Numbered from the whole stretch's first letter, positions 49,663 to 59,126 are shown. The stretch: DNA of 63,165 bases, filler included, from 4 parts of 4 records of this genome joined end to end with filler, not necessarily neighbours in it, one strand, 5' to 3'. Notes: a model not told the origin generated them from the letters alone. Program-made: numbers and translations.

Positions 49663-50907
49663 TTACTGTGGGGGCGCTGCGGCCGGCGGGATTTCCAACT
49701 TTTTTAATATTCGAATTGGCTCAATGACGGTTTCGTGCTTGGCGATGTAATGTAGTCGGATCAGTTCCGCTTCCGAAATTTCATGCTTTTTGGGCATAAT
49801 CAGAATGTCATTTTGGTTAAAAACATCCTGAGCCAGAATCATTCCGGGCTGCAATCCCAATAGTGGGAGTTCTGCCACTACGTAACCCGATTCCGCCTGC
49901 AAAATTTCGGCTTGCAGTGCCGCCAATAACTCTGGATGATACTTCTTTTTGGTTTGTTTTAATGCGTGGAACGCGTCCATTTCACTGTCATATTGGCGCT
50001 GTAACATTTCATAGTCATGCGCCAACTGGACTGTGGCATGCAGCAAATTTGCACGTTCCAGGCTTGTTAACTTCTGGCCTGTAGTTACAACATCCCGGCC
50101 CGAGCCGTGCATTCCAATTGCCAGGGCTACATTTTCCAGTCGTGGAATTTTGCTCAGCAGTGATTCACCAATCCTGGGATACGTTGTTATCAGTGCCCGC
50201 TCAGTGCCGGCTAATTCATCACCTTCTATCCAGCGATGCACCAGATCATTGGGAAGGGAGAGGCATCCGATGTGGGAAAGGAGTGAAGTCACATCAAACT
50301 CCCAGATATCCTGTAGCTGGAGCCGGGTCGCAATCCGGCGTGCGCGGCGGCAGACAAGGCGTGAGCGCTGGAAAACAACGGGGTTGGCCATTGAGAGCAG
50401 TTCAACCAAAAGTTTGATTGAGCCGCTCAGAGTTCTTTCCAGCAACTCCTGTTCAGCTTTGAGCAGTTGTGCCTGCGCCAGGGCTTCCGTGATCGCCAGT
50501 TCAAGATCTTCAAATGTGCCGGACTTCATCAGAAAACGAAACACATGGCCGCGGTTTACAGCCTGAACTGCATTGGTGAGGTCGGCTGCACCAGTCAGGA
50601 AGATGCGCATGCTGTGCGCTGCCAACTGTCTGGCTTCTTCCAAAAACTGGATGCCGTTCATCCCGGGAAGGTTGAAGTCCGAAATGATAACATCAAAGTT
50701 TTGATCGTGTTTGAGTAGCTCTAGTGCCGCCTCCGCTGAGCTGGCTTCGGCAATTTTGTAGGTCTTGGAAAGGCGGGCTATCAGAAGCGCCAGGAAATTC
50801 TCATCGTCTTCAACGAGCAAAACGCGTTTGCAAGCCGCTTCCAGCTGATCATCTGCGGTTCCGCTGACGGTTTTTGAAGATCCTTGCCCAGATCCTTGCC
50901 CAGATCC
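49663..50907 (-). CDS. Response regulator with an HD/HDOD-like output domain; 5' end cut by the contig edge
   Basis: Frame open to 50907 (GSGQGSGQGSSKT...KRVLLVEDD); ISDFNLPGMNG; LLSHIG. Confidence 0.85.
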   Translation of the reverse strand, partial: GSGQGSGQGSSKTVSGTADDQLEAACKRVLLVEDDENFLALLIARLSKTYKIAEASSAEAALELLKHDQNFDVIISDFNLPGMNGIQFLEEARQLAAHSMRIFLTGAADLTNAVQAVNRGHVFRFLMKSGTFEDLELAITEALAQAQLLKAEQELLERTLSGSIKLLVELLSMANPVVFQRSRLVCRRARRIATRLQLQDIWEFDVTSLLSHIGCLSLPNDLVHRWIEGDELAGTERALITTYPRIGESLLSKIPRLENVALAIGMHGSGRDVVTTGQKLTSLERANLLHATVQLAHDYEMLQRQYDSEMDAFHALKQTKKKYHPELLAALQAEILQAESGYVVAELPLLGLQPGMILAQDVFNQNDILIMPKKHEISEAELIRLHYIAKHETVIEPIRILKKLEIPPAAAPPQ

Positions 50908-51007
50908 NNNNNNNNNNNNNNNNNNNNNNNNNNNNNNNNNNNNNNNNNNNNTTAATTAATTAANNNNNNNNNNNNNNNNNNNNNNNNNNNNNNNNNNNNN
51001 NNNNNNN
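50908..51007. other. Artificial contig spacer
   Basis: 44 N + TTAATTAATTAA + 44 N. Confidence 0.98.
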
Positions 51008-51480
51008 CGCCCCCCTGCCGACAGGTCCCTGCCGGGGCCGCGCCGACGCCTGCCCCACCGCAGACGCCGGCTTGGCCCCCCTTCCGACAAACCCGCAATC
51101 GCGCGGACCCCTGCCGCACGGGAGGAGCCCGACACGCCGGGCGACGCCCTTCGAGGCGGCTGCGACCACCGAAGCCGCATAGGGCGACGGCGGCAAGGCT
51201 GTCATACGGACGGGTTTCCTCGGCGTGCCCGACGGCGCGGGCCAGAGCCGCGCTGGTGCGACCCCGTCCACACCAAAGGCCCCCGCACGAGCCGGACACG
51301 CCACGCGTTCGACGCTGCAAAAAGCGCGCCCGACCGGCCTCGCAACGACCACCCTTCAGCCTGATTCGGCGGAAAACGCTCCGCACGTGACCCCAGAAAC
51401 CGGCATGATGAACGCCCTACGCTGCCAAAATTTGCAGCATGACCCCCGATTTTCCGGGATTTTCGCCCGCAAACCTTGAT

Positions 51481-51521
51481 TTATATCATTTTTGAATTGA
51501 TCGGCCCGATTAATTCGAAAA
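51481..51521. promoter_or_regulatory. AT-rich inverted repeat, probable LysR operator
   Basis: TTTTGAATTGATCGG-C-CCGATTAATTCGAAA just upstream of lysR in otherwise GC-rich DNA. Confidence 0.55.
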
Positions 51522-51531
51522 TCCTCGACTC

Positions 51532-52482
51532 ATGAACCCCAAGGATCTCGCCACCTTCCTGAAAGTCGCCGAAACCGGCTCCGTCACATTGGCGGCGGAT
51601 CTGCTCGGCCGGTCCCAGCCTTCGGTCACGCGCTGCCTGAAGGACCTTGAGGAGACCCTCGGATTTCCGCTGGTCGAGCGGGTCGGACGGCGCATCCAGC
51701 TGACCGCCGAAGGCGTCGCCTTCGAGGAAGAGGCCGGCCGCCTGCTCGCCCAGTTCGACGACCTGCGCGCCCGCACCCTCGCCCGCGCCTCGGGGGCCGA
51801 GCAGCCGCTGTCGATCTCGGCGACCTATGCGCTTGGCGCCGGTCTGGTGCCCCACGCGCTGGCGCGCTGGCCCGAGACCCACCGCCCCCGCGAAGTGCGC
51901 CTGATGCAGGCCGCCCCCAACGCGGTCGCACAGGACCTGCTGAGCGGCAACGCGCGGGTCGGCTTCGCCTCCCTGCCGCTGGACGTGCCGGGCATCGTCG
52001 CCGAACGCGTCTTTTCCGCCCCGCTGGTCGCCGCCCTGCCCGAAAGCCGCGCCGCCGAGTTCCCCGAAGGCCAGCCGGTTTCCCTTGCCCGGGTTGCCAC
52101 GGAGACGGTGGTGACCATGCTGGACCAGACCCGCCTGCAGGGCCGCATCCGGCAGGCGCTTGAAACCGCCGGCGTGCATCCCGCCCGCGCCATGCGGGCC
52201 AATTCCTCGGTCTCCGCCCTGCAATTCGCCCGGCTGACCGGCGCCACCGCCATCGTCGAGCCGGTGACGGCCTATGGCACCTGCCCCAGCGGGGTCATCC
52301 TGCGCCCGCTGACAGAGCAGGTGGATTTCACCTTCGGTTTCTTCGTCGCCGCCGGGGGCAACGCCGCCCGCGCGACGAAGGACTTCTTCGACCTGTGCGA
52401 AGCGGCCCTGTTCGACCTGATCCCTCAGGTCCGCCGCATCGACGCCCTGCCCTCTTCCCAACCAGAGACCGACCATGAGTGA
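51532..52482 (+). CDS. LysR-family transcriptional regulator
   Basis: VAETGSVT.AA..LGRSQPSVTR..LEETLG..LTAEG. Confidence 0.93.
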   Translation: MNPKDLATFLKVAETGSVTLAADLLGRSQPSVTRCLKDLEETLGFPLVERVGRRIQLTAEGVAFEEEAGRLLAQFDDLRARTLARASGAEQPLSISATYALGAGLVPHALARWPETHRPREVRLMQAAPNAVAQDLLSGNARVGFASLPLDVPGIVAERVFSAPLVAALPESRAAEFPEGQPVSLARVATETVVTMLDQTRLQGRIRQALETAGVHPARAMRANSSVSALQFARLTGATAIVEPVTAYGTCPSGVILRPLTEQVDFTFGFFVAAGGNAARATKDFFDLCEAALFDLIPQVRRIDALPSSQPETDHE

Positions 52483-53932
52483 CACATGCCGCGGCCTTCC
52501 GGCCCTCGAAGCCCGCCTCGCCAAGGACCTGACCCTGCTGGAGCTGCCCTCCAAGTCCTGGGTTCCCGCGCGGGAGCACGCCGGCCAGCGCGTGCGCGAC
52601 GTGATCTTCGTCGGGGCCGGCATGTGCGGGCTGGCGGGGGCGGCGCGCCTGATGCTGTCGGGCGTGGACAACATCCGGCTCTACGACGCCGCGCCCGAGG
52701 GGCGCGAAGGGCCGTGGGACACCTTCGCGCGGATGAAGACCCTGCGCTCTCCCAAGACGCTCGCCGGGCCCTGCCTCGGAATCCCGGCCCTGACCTTCCG
52801 CGCATGGTTCGAGGCGCAATGGGGCGAAGCGGCCTTCGATGCGCTCGACAAGATCCCGAAGGGCATGTGGATGGACTACCTGCGCTGGTATCGCGCCGTG
52901 CTGAACCTGCCGGTGGTGAACGAAACCCGCGTCACCGACGTGCAGGAGGCCGAAGGCGGCCTGATCGCCGTGACCCTGACCGATGCGTCGGGCCCGCGCG
53001 TCGAGCATTGCCGCCATCTGGTGCTGGCCACCGGCCGCTCGGGCCTTGGCGGCGGGGCCGTGCCCGCCTTTCTCGCGGGGGTCGACCGCCGCTACTGGGC
53101 GCATAGCGCCGACGAGATCGACTTTGCCGGGCTGAAGGACAAGCGGGTCATCGTGATCGGCGCCGGGGCCTCGGCCATGGACAACGCCGCCACAGCGCTG
53201 GAGTCCGGCGCGGCCCGGCTCGACATGCTGATCCGCCGCAAGGTCATGCCGCGCGTCAACAAGATGACCGGCATCGGCAGTCAGGGCGTGGTGCACGGGA
53301 TGCGCCATCTGCCCGACGCGTGGAAGTACCGCTTCAACGACTACGTCAACAGCCAGCAGGTGCCGCCGCCGCGCAGCTCCACCCTGCGCGTGACCGAACA
53401 TCCGAACGCCCGCATCTTTCTGGGCTGCCCCGTCGAGGCGGTGCAGGAGGCTGGCGACCATATCGTGGTAAAGACCCCCCACGCCGATTTCGACGCCGAT
53501 TTCGTGATCGCCGCCACCGGGTTCCGCAACGATTTCTCCGGGCGCGGCGAGTTCAGCGCCTTCGCGCCCTACATCAAGACGTGGAAGGACGGGGTCTTCG
53601 ACCCCTCCATGGGCAAGCCCGTCCCCTTCATGACCGATGCCCCCTATCTGGGCGACGCCTACGAGTTCCTCGAAAAGGAACCGGGCCGCTGCCCGATGCT
53701 GGCGCGCATCCACTGTTTCAACGACGCCGCGATGTTGAGCCACGGCAAGCTGTCGGGCGACATCCCCGCGATCTCCGCCGGGGCCGACCGGCTGATGCGC
53801 GGCATCGTCGCAGACCTCTTCGCCGCGGATGTAGAGATCCATTTCGAGGGGTTGCAGGCCTACGACGTGCCCGAACTGCAGGGCGACGAATGGGTCGATG
53901 CCACCCCCGGCCTGCTGGAAACCGCGACATGA
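52475..53932 (+). CDS. FAD/NAD(P)H-dependent class B monooxygenase, HpyO-like
   Basis: GAGMCG and GAGASA Rossmann motifs, GPW..ARM.TLRSPK, ATG. Confidence 0.85.
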   Translation: MSDTCRGLPALEARLAKDLTLLELPSKSWVPAREHAGQRVRDVIFVGAGMCGLAGAARLMLSGVDNIRLYDAAPEGREGPWDTFARMKTLRSPKTLAGPCLGIPALTFRAWFEAQWGEAAFDALDKIPKGMWMDYLRWYRAVLNLPVVNETRVTDVQEAEGGLIAVTLTDASGPRVEHCRHLVLATGRSGLGGGAVPAFLAGVDRRYWAHSADEIDFAGLKDKRVIVIGAGASAMDNAATALESGAARLDMLIRRKVMPRVNKMTGIGSQGVVHGMRHLPDAWKYRFNDYVNSQQVPPPRSSTLRVTEHPNARIFLGCPVEAVQEAGDHIVVKTPHADFDADFVIAATGFRNDFSGRGEFSAFAPYIKTWKDGVFDPSMGKPVPFMTDAPYLGDAYEFLEKEPGRCPMLARIHCFNDAAMLSHGKLSGDIPAISAGADRLMRGIVADLFAADVEIHFEGLQAYDVPELQGDEWVDATPGLLETAT

Positions 53933-54792
53933 GCCTCTCGGGTCGCGAAGCCTACATCACCCTGAACGGGTGCCGCTTCCGCTACCGCATCGCGGGCGAG
54001 GAGAACGCCGAGACGATCTTCCTGCTGCATGGCGGTCGCGGAGCGGGCGACCACATCGGCGAATGGACCGCCTATGCGGCCCTCGCGGATCGTTACCGGG
54101 TCATCGCCTTCGACCAGCGCGGCTGCGGGCTGTCGGACATCGCCTACCCGCTGACCTTCCGCCAGTATGCCGAGGACGTAGAGGCCTTTCGCCGCCATTT
54201 CTGCGGCGAGGATGGCAGGATCATCCTGCAGGGCGGCAGCTTTGGCGGGATGATCGCCCTGACCTACGCGGTGCATCACCAGAACCGTCTGACCCACCTG
54301 ATCCTGCGCGGCACCGCCCCCAGCCACCACCACGAGGCGGAGGCGATCGAGACCTTCAAGGCGCGCATCGACAAGGTGCCCTCGGCCTCGCCCGAGATGA
54401 TCGACAAGCTCTTCGGCACGACGATCACCGACGACACCGAGTTCCGCCTGATCTGGTTCGCGCTGCAACCGCTCTATTTCGAGGTCTTCGACCCGAACGC
54501 GGCGCTGGAGCGCACGCGCACGATGCATCTGCACGCCGAGACCCACAACGCCATGTTCCGCGAGAAGGACCATGACCTGCGGGACGCGCTGAAGGACATG
54601 AGGGTGCCCACCCTCGCCTTCTGCGGCGAAAGGGACTGGATCTGCCCGCCCAGCCAGACCCGGCTGATCGCCGAGCTTTGCCCCAATGCCACCGGCTGGG
54701 AAGTGCCGGGGGCGAACCACTCCTGCCATCAGGAACAGAATGCCCTCGTCCTGCAACGGATCCGGGCCTTTCTGAACAACGAGGCCCCATGA
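53929..54792 (+). CDS. Alpha/beta hydrolase (proline iminopeptidase-like)
   Basis: HGGRG, DQRGCG.S, GGSFG nucleophile, Asp/His triad; ATGA overlap. Confidence 0.88.
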   Translation: MSLSGREAYITLNGCRFRYRIAGEENAETIFLLHGGRGAGDHIGEWTAYAALADRYRVIAFDQRGCGLSDIAYPLTFRQYAEDVEAFRRHFCGEDGRIILQGGSFGGMIALTYAVHHQNRLTHLILRGTAPSHHHEAEAIETFKARIDKVPSASPEMIDKLFGTTITDDTEFRLIWFALQPLYFEVFDPNAALERTRTMHLHAETHNAMFREKDHDLRDALKDMRVPTLAFCGERDWICPPSQTRLIAELCPNATGWEVPGANHSCHQEQNALVLQRIRAFLNNEAP

Positions 54793-55709
54793 CCGGTTTC
54801 ATCCTGCGCCGCCTTGGCGAATCCCTGCTGGCCATCTGGGGCGTAGTGACGATCGTCTTCTTCGTCACCCGCATTCTGGGCGATCCGGCGGCCCTCCTGC
54901 TGCCCATCGGCGCGACCGAGGCCGACATTCAGGCCCTGCGCGCGCAACTGGGTCTCGATCAGCCGCTGCTGGTGCAATACGGCCAGTTCCTGCTGAACGC
55001 CGTCCGGGGCGATTTCGGCGTGTCCTTCCAGCATGGCCGCGATGCCATGCAGGTGGTGCTGGAACGCCTGCCCGCCACCGCGCAACTGGCGCTGACGGCC
55101 ATCGTCCTCGGGCTGGTCATCGGCAGCATCGCGGGCTCCATCGCGGCGCTGAAGCGCGGCAAGGCCATCGAACTGGTGGTCATGGCCGTGGCCCTGCTGG
55201 GTCAGGCGACGCCGGTCTTCTGGCTGGGGATCATGCTGATCCTCTTCTTCGCGGTGAACCTCGGCTGGCTGCCGACGGGGGGCTACGGCACGCTGGCGCA
55301 TCTGGTGCTGCCGGCCTTCACGCTGGCGGTCTTCGTCTCCGCCTCCATCGCGCGTCTGCTGCGCTCCTCGATGCTGGAGATCCTGAAAGAGGACTACATC
55401 CGCACCGCCCGGGCCAAGGGGCTGCTGCCACACACGGTCTTCTTCTGGCACGTGGCGCGCAACGCGCTGATCCCGGTGGTGACCATGACCGCGATCCTGA
55501 CCGGAGAACTGCTGGGCGGCTCGGTCGTGACCGAAACGGTCTTCTCATGGCCTGGCATCGGGCGGCTGATCATCCAGGCCATCGAGGCCAAGGATTTCCC
55601 CGTCATCCAGGCCGGCATCACCCTGATCGCCACGATCTTCGTCCTCATCAACTTCCTGGTCGACCTGCTCTACGGCGTGCTCGATCCCCGCATCCGCGCG
55701 AACCGCTGA
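54789..55709 (+). CDS. Dpp/Opp ABC transporter permease (DppB-like)
   Basis: GDFGVS, TPVFWLG, YIRTARAKGL, ETVFSWPGIG. Confidence 0.93.
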   Translation: MTGFILRRLGESLLAIWGVVTIVFFVTRILGDPAALLLPIGATEADIQALRAQLGLDQPLLVQYGQFLLNAVRGDFGVSFQHGRDAMQVVLERLPATAQLALTAIVLGLVIGSIAGSIAALKRGKAIELVVMAVALLGQATPVFWLGIMLILFFAVNLGWLPTGGYGTLAHLVLPAFTLAVFVSASIARLLRSSMLEILKEDYIRTARAKGLLPHTVFFWHVARNALIPVVTMTAILTGELLGGSVVTETVFSWPGIGRLIIQAIEAKDFPVIQAGITLIATIFVLINFLVDLLYGVLDPRIRANR

Positions 55710-55721
55710 GGAGACGGACAG

Positions 55722-56579
55722 ATGAAACATTTCCTCAGGGATCTCTCCCGCTCCAAGGCCGGTCTCTTCGGCTTCGCCCTGCTGCTGGTCATCGTCGCCC
55801 TCGCGCTGCTGGCCCCGCTGCTGGACCTGCCCGACCCGACGCGCGGAGACCTGCGCGCGCGCCTCGCCGGTCCGACGTGGGAGGGGCTCTTCTCTCCCGG
55901 CGCGCACCCCCTCGGCACCGACGAGGTGGGCCGCGACATCCTCTCGCGGCTGATCCACGGCTCTCGCATGACGCTGATGGTGGCCTCCACCGCCGTGGTG
56001 CTGGGCGGCATCGTGGGCACCGTGCTGGGCATCCTCGCGGGCTACAAGGGCGGCATCGTCGACCGGCTTCTGATGCGGCTCGTCGACATCCAGCTGGCGA
56101 TCCCGCTGATGCTGCTGGCGCTGCTGGTGGTGGCCGCCCTCGGCCCGTCGATCCGCAACGTGGTGCTGGTGCTCGCGCTGACGTCGTGGATCCGCTACGC
56201 CCGCATCATCCGCGCGCAGGTCCTGAGCCTGCGGGAACGCGAGTTCGTGCAATCCGCCCGCGCCATCGGCGCCTCCACCGCGCGGATCATGTTCCTGCAC
56301 ATCCTGCCCAACGTGCTGACGCCCGCGCTGGTCGTGGGCACGCTGGAACTGGCCCGGGTCATCATCATGGACGCCGCGCTCTCCTTCCTCGGGCTGGGCG
56401 TGCAGCCCCCGACCCCGTCGTGGGGCCGGATGCTGGCCGACGGCCGCGTCTACCTGTCCTCGGCCTGGTGGGCGGTGACCTTTCCCGGCCTCGCCATCGT
56501 GCTGACCGTCCTGTCCGTGAACCTCTTCGGCGACTGGCTGCGCGACTACTTCGACCCCAAGACACGGAGCGCCAAATGA
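55722..56579 (+). CDS. Dpp/Opp ABC transporter permease (DppC-like)
   Basis: HPLGTD..GRD, EFVQSARAIGA, LSFLGLG..PP.PSWG. Confidence 0.93.
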   Translation: MKHFLRDLSRSKAGLFGFALLLVIVALALLAPLLDLPDPTRGDLRARLAGPTWEGLFSPGAHPLGTDEVGRDILSRLIHGSRMTLMVASTAVVLGGIVGTVLGILAGYKGGIVDRLLMRLVDIQLAIPLMLLALLVVAALGPSIRNVVLVLALTSWIRYARIIRAQVLSLREREFVQSARAIGASTARIMFLHILPNVLTPALVVGTLELARVIIMDAALSFLGLGVQPPTPSWGRMLADGRVYLSSAWWAVTFPGLAIVLTVLSVNLFGDWLRDYFDPKTRSAK

Positions 56580-57769
56580 GCCTCGACACCGACAGCCCCC
56601 GCCCCCGCATCACCCGCCTGAGGGCCGCGATGGCCAAGAAGGGCATCGACGCGCTGGTCACCTTCAAGCCGGAACACACCTTCTACATGTCCGGCTTCAA
56701 CCCGGTGCTCTACTCGCATCCGGTGGTCATGATCCTGCCCGCCGAGGGCGCGCCGACCATGCTGGTGCACGCCCTGCGCGACGCCCACGGGCGCGACGAG
56801 GGCTTCGTCGCGGACACCCGCGCCTATGGCGTCTGGTCCACGACGAAGACCATGGGTCCGACCTGGCCCGAGGCGCTGAAGGCGATCCTTGCCGAGAAGG
56901 GGCTGACCGAGGCGGTGATCGGCATGGAGGCCGACAGCACCCCCATGGCCCGCTGGGCGCAGGTTCAGGCGCTGGTGCCCGGCGCCCGGTTCGAGGACAG
57001 CTCGAAGCTGATCGACCGCTGCCGCCTCATCAAGGACCCCGACGAGATCGCGATGGCGCGCGTCGCGGCGGATCTGGCCGACCGGGGCATGGACGCCGCC
57101 ATCGCCAGCCTCGCCGCGGGCGGCACGGAGCGCGAGGCGCATACCGCCTCGCAGGCGGCGATGAACGCGCATTGGACCCACCATCTGCCCGACACCGTCG
57201 AGGTGGCCGACTTCGGCGGGCTCGAAGGCGGCATGGTCAACGGTCTGGCGACCTGGGTGCTGTCGGGCGACCGCATGTTCCGCAACTGCGACAACTCCAT
57301 CCGCCGCAAACCCGAGCGGGGCGAGACGGTGGCGATCTTCATCTGGGCCGTGGCCAACGGCATCCACGCCGAGAACGAGCGCACCGTCGCCATGGGCCCC
57401 CTCCCCGAGAAGCGGCGGCGCGCGCTGGACACCATCCTGCAGATCCGCGAGCGGATCGTCCCGGTGATGAAACCCGGCACGCCGCTGGCCGAGCTTTACG
57501 ACATCACCAAGTCGGGCCTGATCGAGGCCGGCTACGACGCCAACATCCCCGGCCGCATCGGCCACACCATCGGCATCGGCGCGCACGAGCATTTCTCGCT
57601 CGACGGCAAGACCGACGTGGTGCTGGAACCGGGCATGCTGTTCACTCTGGAACCCAACCTGCGCGTCCCCGATCAGGGCGTGGCCACCCAGATCTCGGAC
57701 ACCATCCTGATCACCGCGGACGGCCATGAATTCCTGACGAAATCGCGCGGCGGCTACATCGAGGTCTGA
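56576..57769 (+). CDS. M24 (pita-bread) fold hydrolase, creatinase/prolidase-like
   Basis: Creatinase N-domain; RLIKDPDEI; GHTIG..HE; FTLEP; ATGA overlap. Confidence 0.85.
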   Translation: MSLDTDSPRPRITRLRAAMAKKGIDALVTFKPEHTFYMSGFNPVLYSHPVVMILPAEGAPTMLVHALRDAHGRDEGFVADTRAYGVWSTTKTMGPTWPEALKAILAEKGLTEAVIGMEADSTPMARWAQVQALVPGARFEDSSKLIDRCRLIKDPDEIAMARVAADLADRGMDAAIASLAAGGTEREAHTASQAAMNAHWTHHLPDTVEVADFGGLEGGMVNGLATWVLSGDRMFRNCDNSIRRKPERGETVAIFIWAVANGIHAENERTVAMGPLPEKRRRALDTILQIRERIVPVMKPGTPLAELYDITKSGLIEAGYDANIPGRIGHTIGIGAHEHFSLDGKTDVVLEPGMLFTLEPNLRVPDQGVATQISDTILITADGHEFLTKSRGGYIEV

Positions 57770-57770
57770 C

Positions 57771-58062
57771 GTGGCACTTCTCGAGATCAAGAACCTCACG
57801 GTCGAGTTCGACACCCCGGGCGGGGTCGTGCACGCCGTCAACGACCTGAACTACAGCGTCGAGGCGGGCGAGACGCTGGGCATCGTGGGGGAAAGCGGCT
57901 CGGGGAAATCCGTGCATATCCTCGCCCTGCTGGGACTGCTGCCCTGCCCGCCCGGGCGCATCGTCTCGGGCGAGGCCCGGTTCGACGGCCGCGACCTGAT
58001 GGCCCTGTCGGACCGCGAACTGCGGTCGATCCGCGGCGGCGAGATCGGCATGGTCTTTCAGG
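57771..58062 (+). CDS. Dpp/Opp ABC ATPase (DppD-like), 5' part
   Basis: GIVGESGSGKS, IGMVFQ at the contig end. Confidence 0.9.
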
Positions 58063-58162
58063 NNNNNNNNNNNNNNNNNNNNNNNNNNNNNNNNNNNNNN
58101 NNNNNNTTAATTAATTAANNNNNNNNNNNNNNNNNNNNNNNNNNNNNNNNNNNNNNNNNNNN
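58063..58162. other. Artificial contig spacer
   Basis: 44 N + TTAATTAATTAA + 44 N. Confidence 0.98.
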
Positions 58163-58163
58163 C

Positions 58164-58331
58164 CGCTCCGTCTGGACCCTGCCGGCAGACCTTGACGTGC
58201 CCGCCGACCTGACCGTCGGAGACCGTCTCGACATCGTCTTCCGCTCGGGCGGAGAGAACGGGATCGTGGGCATCGACGCCCTGTACCGCACGGCGCAGCC
58301 GATCCCCGAAGGGGCCGACGGCGGCGCCTGA
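58164..58331 (+). CDS. 3' end of a hypothetical protein
   Basis: Open frame RSVWTLPADLDVPADLTVGDRLDIVF...GADGGA* with GC-rich third positions. Confidence 0.5.
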   Translation, partial: RSVWTLPADLDVPADLTVGDRLDIVFRSGGENGIVGIDALYRTAQPIPEGADGGA

Positions 58332-58339
58332 TCCATACG

Positions 58340-58374
58340 AAAAAGCCCCCTGCGCGATCTGCACAGGGGGCCTT
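58340..58374. terminator. Terminator between convergent genes
   Basis: AAAAA-GCCCCCTG...CAGGGGGC-CTT. Confidence 0.65.
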
Positions 58375-58397
58375 GTCGTTCAAGTATATTCAATGAC

Positions 58398-58679
58398 TTA
58401 CGAGTCGTCCGCGGGCGGGTTGACGCTCACCGTGGGGACCTTGACTTCGGCTTCCTTGGTGTCGATGTCGACATCCGGAACGGTCACGGTCTCGGTTTCG
58501 GTGCCCACGTCGATCGAGCCGACCTCGGCGTCGACCTCGGGCAGCTCGCCGCCATCGACGGCCACGTCCACGTCGGGCATGCGCCCCTCTTCGGTCACGT
58601 CGAAATCCACCATGTAGATGCCGAAGGCCACGGCCACCACGGCCACGAGTGCGAGAATGATTCCACCAGTCCTGTTCAT
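58398..58679 (-). CDS. Small acidic membrane-anchored hypothetical protein
   Basis: One TM helix, then DVDV/PEVD repeats; AAGGA RBS. Confidence 0.75.
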   Translation of the reverse strand: MNRTGGIILALVAVVAVAFGIYMVDFDVTEEGRMPDVDVAVDGGELPEVDAEVGSIDVGTETETVTVPDVDIDTKEAEVKVPTVSVNPPADDS

Positions 58680-58726
58680 CTGTCGTTCCTTTCGTTCCTG
58701 ATCGTTTGCGATCGTTCTGAGCTGCA

Positions 58727-58752
58727 AACCGCGCTGCGAGACAAAAGGTTCC
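58727..58752 (-). promoter_or_regulatory. EcfG-type general stress promoter
   Basis: Minus strand GGAAC-N17-GGTT. Confidence 0.6.
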
Positions 58753-58799
58753 CGGGGCGGCGCGCATTCCCGCCACCCCCCTCGAGGAGAAGATTTCCG

Positions 58800-58824
58800 G
58801 GAACCTCTGGCGCGCTTCCCCGTT
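58800..58824 (+). promoter_or_regulatory. EcfG-type general stress promoter
   Basis: GGAAC-N16-CGTT. Confidence 0.7.
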
Positions 58825-58869
58825 GTCGCAGCAGACACGCACAGCACACACGAACAGGGAGAAACCCTA

Positions 58870-59055
58870 ATGGAATATGGCATTCTCGGCCTTCTGATCC
58901 TTATCGCGGACCTTTACGCGATCTACCAGACCGTCACCTCTCCGGCCTCGACCGTGGCCAAGATCGTCTGGGTTCTGGCCATCCTCATCCTGCCGGTTCT
59001 GGGCTTCATCGCCTGGCTGGTGGCCGGGCCGCGCGGCCGCGCCGCTCACGTCTGA
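58870..59055 (+). CDS. PLDc N-terminal domain small membrane protein
   Basis: DLYAI...KIVW..ILILPVLG.IAW..AGPR. Confidence 0.85.
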   Translation: MEYGILGLLILIADLYAIYQTVTSPASTVAKIVWVLAILILPVLGFIAWLVAGPRGRAAHV

Positions 59056-59075
59056 GACGCTGCAAACCACACTGG

Positions 59076-59103
59076 AACGGGCCCCCATCGCGGGGCCCGT
59101 TTT
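59076..59103 (+). terminator. Rho-independent terminator
   Basis: AACGGGCCCC-CATCGC-GGGGCCCGTT-TT. Confidence 0.75.
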
Positions 59104-59126
59104 GCTTGACCGGATGCATCGAGGCC

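Noticed and set aside
27594-58162. Three identical TTAATTAATTAA motifs within N-runs, and apparent adjacency of very different gene sets
   Set aside because: Artificial contig linkers; composition differs between segments, so cross-boundary synteny and ORFs containing X are artefacts.
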